Origin: Allobaculum fili
GTDB taxonomy: Bacteria > Bacillota_I > Bacilli_A > Erysipelotrichales > Erysipelotrichaceae
Direction of reading: 5' to 3'
Length of the DNA stretch: 17,698 nucleotides
Assembly: GCF_020969955.1 (NCBI RefSeq)
Contig: NZ_JAHDSX010000046.1
Coordinates: forward strand, 1-17,698
The notes beneath the pieces are model-generated. The model made no database searches and was not told where the DNA came from. It saw only the letters and a list, made by a program, of their open reading frames with translations. Below, in pieces: positions 15,923 to 17,698 of the stretch; the stretch's first letter is position 1; every line of letters begins with the position of its first letter. The position numbers and the translations under genes are program-made.

Positions 15923-17137
15923 TCAGGCATGCGGTTCCATGCAGGCCTGATAAATGGCCTTGATGTCTTCTTTGCCCAGATCGAAAAATCCATGGATAAT
16001 CCCCTTCTTGCAGGCTTTCTCTGCCATGGCATCAAAGCGGTCTTCACTGACGCCAAACCCCTTCAGATTGTCGGTCAGCTTCAGCTGATCAAACAGGAAG
16101 TTTTCTGTTTTCGCGATCGCCTGATCCACAATTTCGTCATCGCTCAGCGCTGGATCAATGCCCCATACCCGAACGCCAAACTCCACCAGACGCGGCATGG
16201 TCTTTTCATTTCGAACGTACTGCAGATAGCGCGGGGTGACGATGGCCAGACCATGACCGTGGGTAATGCCGTAGTTGGCTGTCAGCTGATGTTCAATGGG
16301 ATGCATCGACCAGACTTTCGGATTGGCACCGCGGTTGAAGCCGTTAATGGCCCACGAAGACGCCCACATCAGATTGGCTCTGGCTTCGTAGTTTTCGGGA
16401 TCTTCCATAGCGATCGGTGCGTAGCGGATCACCGTCTGCATCAGTCCTTCCATGAACCGGTCCAGCATGAAGAGATTCGGACGCGGTGCGAAATAGTCTT
16501 CCATAATATGGTTCAGAATATCTGCACTGCCCGCTGCCGTCTGATAGGCCGGAACAGAGAAGGTAACGGCTGGATCCATGAAGGAAACCTTCGGGATCAG
16601 AGCCGGAGACGCCGCACCCATTTTATCCACCGTTTCAGGGTTGGAAATCACGGCGCAGTCATCCATTTCCGTTCCGGTGGCTGCCAGAGTGAGCACATCA
16701 ATTACCGGAAGTGCTTTTTCAATTGGAGTTTTCTTCGAGAAAAATTCCCAGGGATCAAAATCCACACAGGCGGCAGCCGCGATAATTTTGGCGCAGTCAA
16801 TGACTGATCCGCCCCCGACCGCAACGACGCAGTCGATGTGGTTTTCCTTGCATAATTCAGCCCCTTTGTACACGGACTCAATTTTCGGGTTTGGCTCAAT
16901 CCCGCTGAGTTCGGTTACGTGAAGACCCGCTTCGTTCAGGGAAGCCATGGCTTTGTCATACAGACCGTTCTTCTTGATCGAACCGCCTCCATAACAGAAC
17001 AGTACGTTCTTGCCGTACTTTGCAGCCTCCTCGCCAAGATGCTGGAGCTGATCGGGACCAAAATATACTTTGGTCGGCAGATTATAAATAAAATTATCCA
17101 TTTCGTATTTTCCTTTTTGGGGATGGAGAGAATCCAT
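15923..17137 (-). CDS. Iron-containing alcohol dehydrogenase, BdhA/YqhD-like NAD(P)H-dependent butanol/aldehyde reductase
   Basis: 404-aa ORF with a GGAGGA SD 5 nt before ATG 17137. An alternative ATG at 17101, preceded by AAAGGAAAA, gives the usual family N-terminus MDNFIYNLPTKVYFG (392 aa). Motifs: CYGGGSIKKNGLYD, GIEPNP, AVGGGSVIDCAK and LAATGTE. The metal ligands are present (SADILNH, HPIEH, THGHGLA). Stop codon is TGA. Confidence 0.9.
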   Translation of the reverse strand: MDSLHPQKGKYEMDNFIYNLPTKVYFGPDQLQHLGEEAAKYGKNVLFCYGGGSIKKNGLYDKAMASLNEAGLHVTELSGIEPNPKIESVYKGAELCKENHIDCVVAVGGGSVIDCAKIIAAAACVDFDPWEFFSKKTPIEKALPVIDVLTLAATGTEMDDCAVISNPETVDKMGAASPALIPKVSFMDPAVTFSVPAYQTAAGSADILNHIMEDYFAPRPNLFMLDRFMEGLMQTVIRYAPIAMEDPENYEARANLMWASSWAINGFNRGANPKVWSMHPIEHQLTANYGITHGHGLAIVTPRYLQYVRNEKTMPRLVEFGVRVWGIDPALSDDEIVDQAIAKTENFLFDQLKLTDNLKGFGVSEDRFDAMAEKACKKGIIHGFFDLGKEDIKAIYQACMEPHA

Positions 17138-17170
17138 AGATTCCTCCGTTTTTCATATCCCCTGAAATTC

Positions 17171-17199
17171 AGAATAGCAGTTCCCTTTCCGGGACACAA
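17171..17199 (-). promoter_or_regulatory. Candidate promoter of the BdhA-like gene (TTGTGT-17-TATTCT)
   Basis: On the minus strand, TTGTGT (17194-17199), a 17-nt spacer and TATTCT (17171-17176) lie about 35 nt upstream of ATG 17137. This is a pattern match only. Confidence 0.25.
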
Positions 17200-17350
17200 C
17201 GAACCGCTTTGCCTCAAACGCGCATCCATCCCCGCTTCCGGGCCTTCTGGATTTCTTCCACAAAGAAGACGTTCTTGCCTTTTGATCCGCTTCCCGTCAA
17301 TTCTCGCTGCTCCTTTTTCAAACCGTCGATTTCAATTTGAAACGCATACG

Positions 17351-17411
17351 GCCCCGAAAACAGAAAAATCCCCGAACGATATCGGATTTCTCCTTTATCT
17401 TTCGGGGATTT
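17351..17411 (-). terminator. Rho-independent terminator of the rRNA operon
   Basis: On the minus strand, AAATCCCCGAA (17401-17411) pairs with TTCGGGGATTT (17366-17376) in an 11-bp stem with a 24-nt loop, followed by TTCTGTTTTCGGGGC. It lies 7 nt after the 5S 3' end. Confidence 0.75.
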
Positions 17412-17417
17412 CATTTT

Positions 17418-17526
17418 GTCTGGCAGCTTCCTATCTTTGCCTTGCGGCTATTGTCGGCGTTCTGCAGCTTAACTGGCCAGGTTCGATATGTTTCTGGGTG
17501 TATCCTGCAGGCTATCGTCACCATAC
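17418..17526 (-). rRNA. rrf: 5S rRNA (short form, about 109 nt)
   Basis: The reverse complement reads GUAUGGUGACGAUAGCCUGCAGGAUACACCCAGAAACAUAUCGAACCUGGCCAGUUAAGCUGCAGAACGCCGACAAUAGCCGCAAGGCAAAGAUAGGAAGCUGCCAGAC. It is collinear with bacterial 5S (GGUG.CGAUAGC, CACCC...CGAAC...GUUAAGC, CGCCGA, AGUAGGA-like, GCCAG end). Helix I is formed by the 5' GUAUGGUGAC and 3' GCUGCCAGAC ends. Confidence 0.85.
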
Positions 17527-17635
17527 TTAGATTTTCTGAATGGATCTTCCAAAAACAAACATCAGTCTTCTAACATAACGATCTAACGCGATCGTTGGTT
17601 TCGTAGTGGCTTCTTGCGTATAGCTTTCTCGAATC

Positions 17636-17698
17636 TTAGATTAAGCTTTCGACCGATTAGTACTGGCCAACTCCGCGAATCGCTTCGCTTCCATCTCC
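17636..17698 (-). rRNA. rrl: 23S rRNA, 3'-terminal about 60 nt (the gene continues beyond the window)
   Basis: The reverse complement GGAGAUGGAAGCGAAGCGAUUCGCGGAGUUGGCCAGUACUAAUCGGUCGAAAGCUUAAUCUAA aligns with the conserved 23S 3' end (E. coli ...GUAAGCGCAGCGAUGCGUUGAGCUAACCGGUACUAAUUGCCCGUGAGGCUUAACCUU). The 3' boundary is good to about 3 nt either way. Confidence 0.85.

Noticed and set aside
17102-17417. tRNA genes downstream of the 5S rRNA.
   Set aside because: There is no GTTCGAATC-type T-arm or cloverleaf-compatible sequence on either strand. The region is accounted for by the rrn terminator and the promoter and leader of the ADH gene.

Overview
Every gene I can recognise is on the minus strand. 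In transcription order (right to left):

- the last ~60 nt of a 23S rRNA gene, a short (109 nt) 5S rRNA and a strong rrn terminator
- a BdhA/YqhD-type iron-containing alcohol dehydrogenase (ADH) gene
- a 1672-aa secreted GH95 alpha-L-fucosidase gene with extra carbohydrate-binding, Ig, LamG and FIVAR modules
- a 1.13-kb stretch with no ORF
- a second Fe-ADH-family gene that has lost all of its metal ligands
- a secreted GH63 (YgjK-like) glycosidase gene broken by one in-frame TGA and one frameshift in an A6 run
- a 0.89-kb stretch with no credible ORF
- a 1116-aa secreted GH84 beta-N-acetylglucosaminidase gene with two CBM32-like modules

The style is Gram-positive: AAAGGA-type Shine-Dalgarno (SD) sites, FIVAR modules and DUF5648-like wall-binding repeats. 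GC is roughly 50% by eye. The content looks like a host-glycan (mucin-type) exo-glycosidase locus beside an rrn operon. I cannot name the organism. The short 5S hints at Erysipelotrichia or relatives of Mollicutes.

I found no CRISPR array, mobile element, defence gene, transporter or regulator gene, and no convincing self-contained novel multi-gene system.

The observations most worth a second look are:
- the metal-site-less ADH paralogue
- the nearly intact but doubly interrupted GH63 gene
- a ~305-aa double beta-sandwich (putative carbohydrate-binding, CBM-like) insertion inside the GH95 N-terminal domain
- the unusually large non-coding fraction (about 21%), which carries perfect tandem duplications, long hairpins and several plus-strand-facing terminators
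- a possible plus-strand non-coding transcription unit at about 7847-8262, with a promoter-like site, an orphan RAT-like hairpin (RAT = ribonucleic antiterminator) and a TA-depleted body

All family assignments rest on motif recognition by eye. No searches were run.
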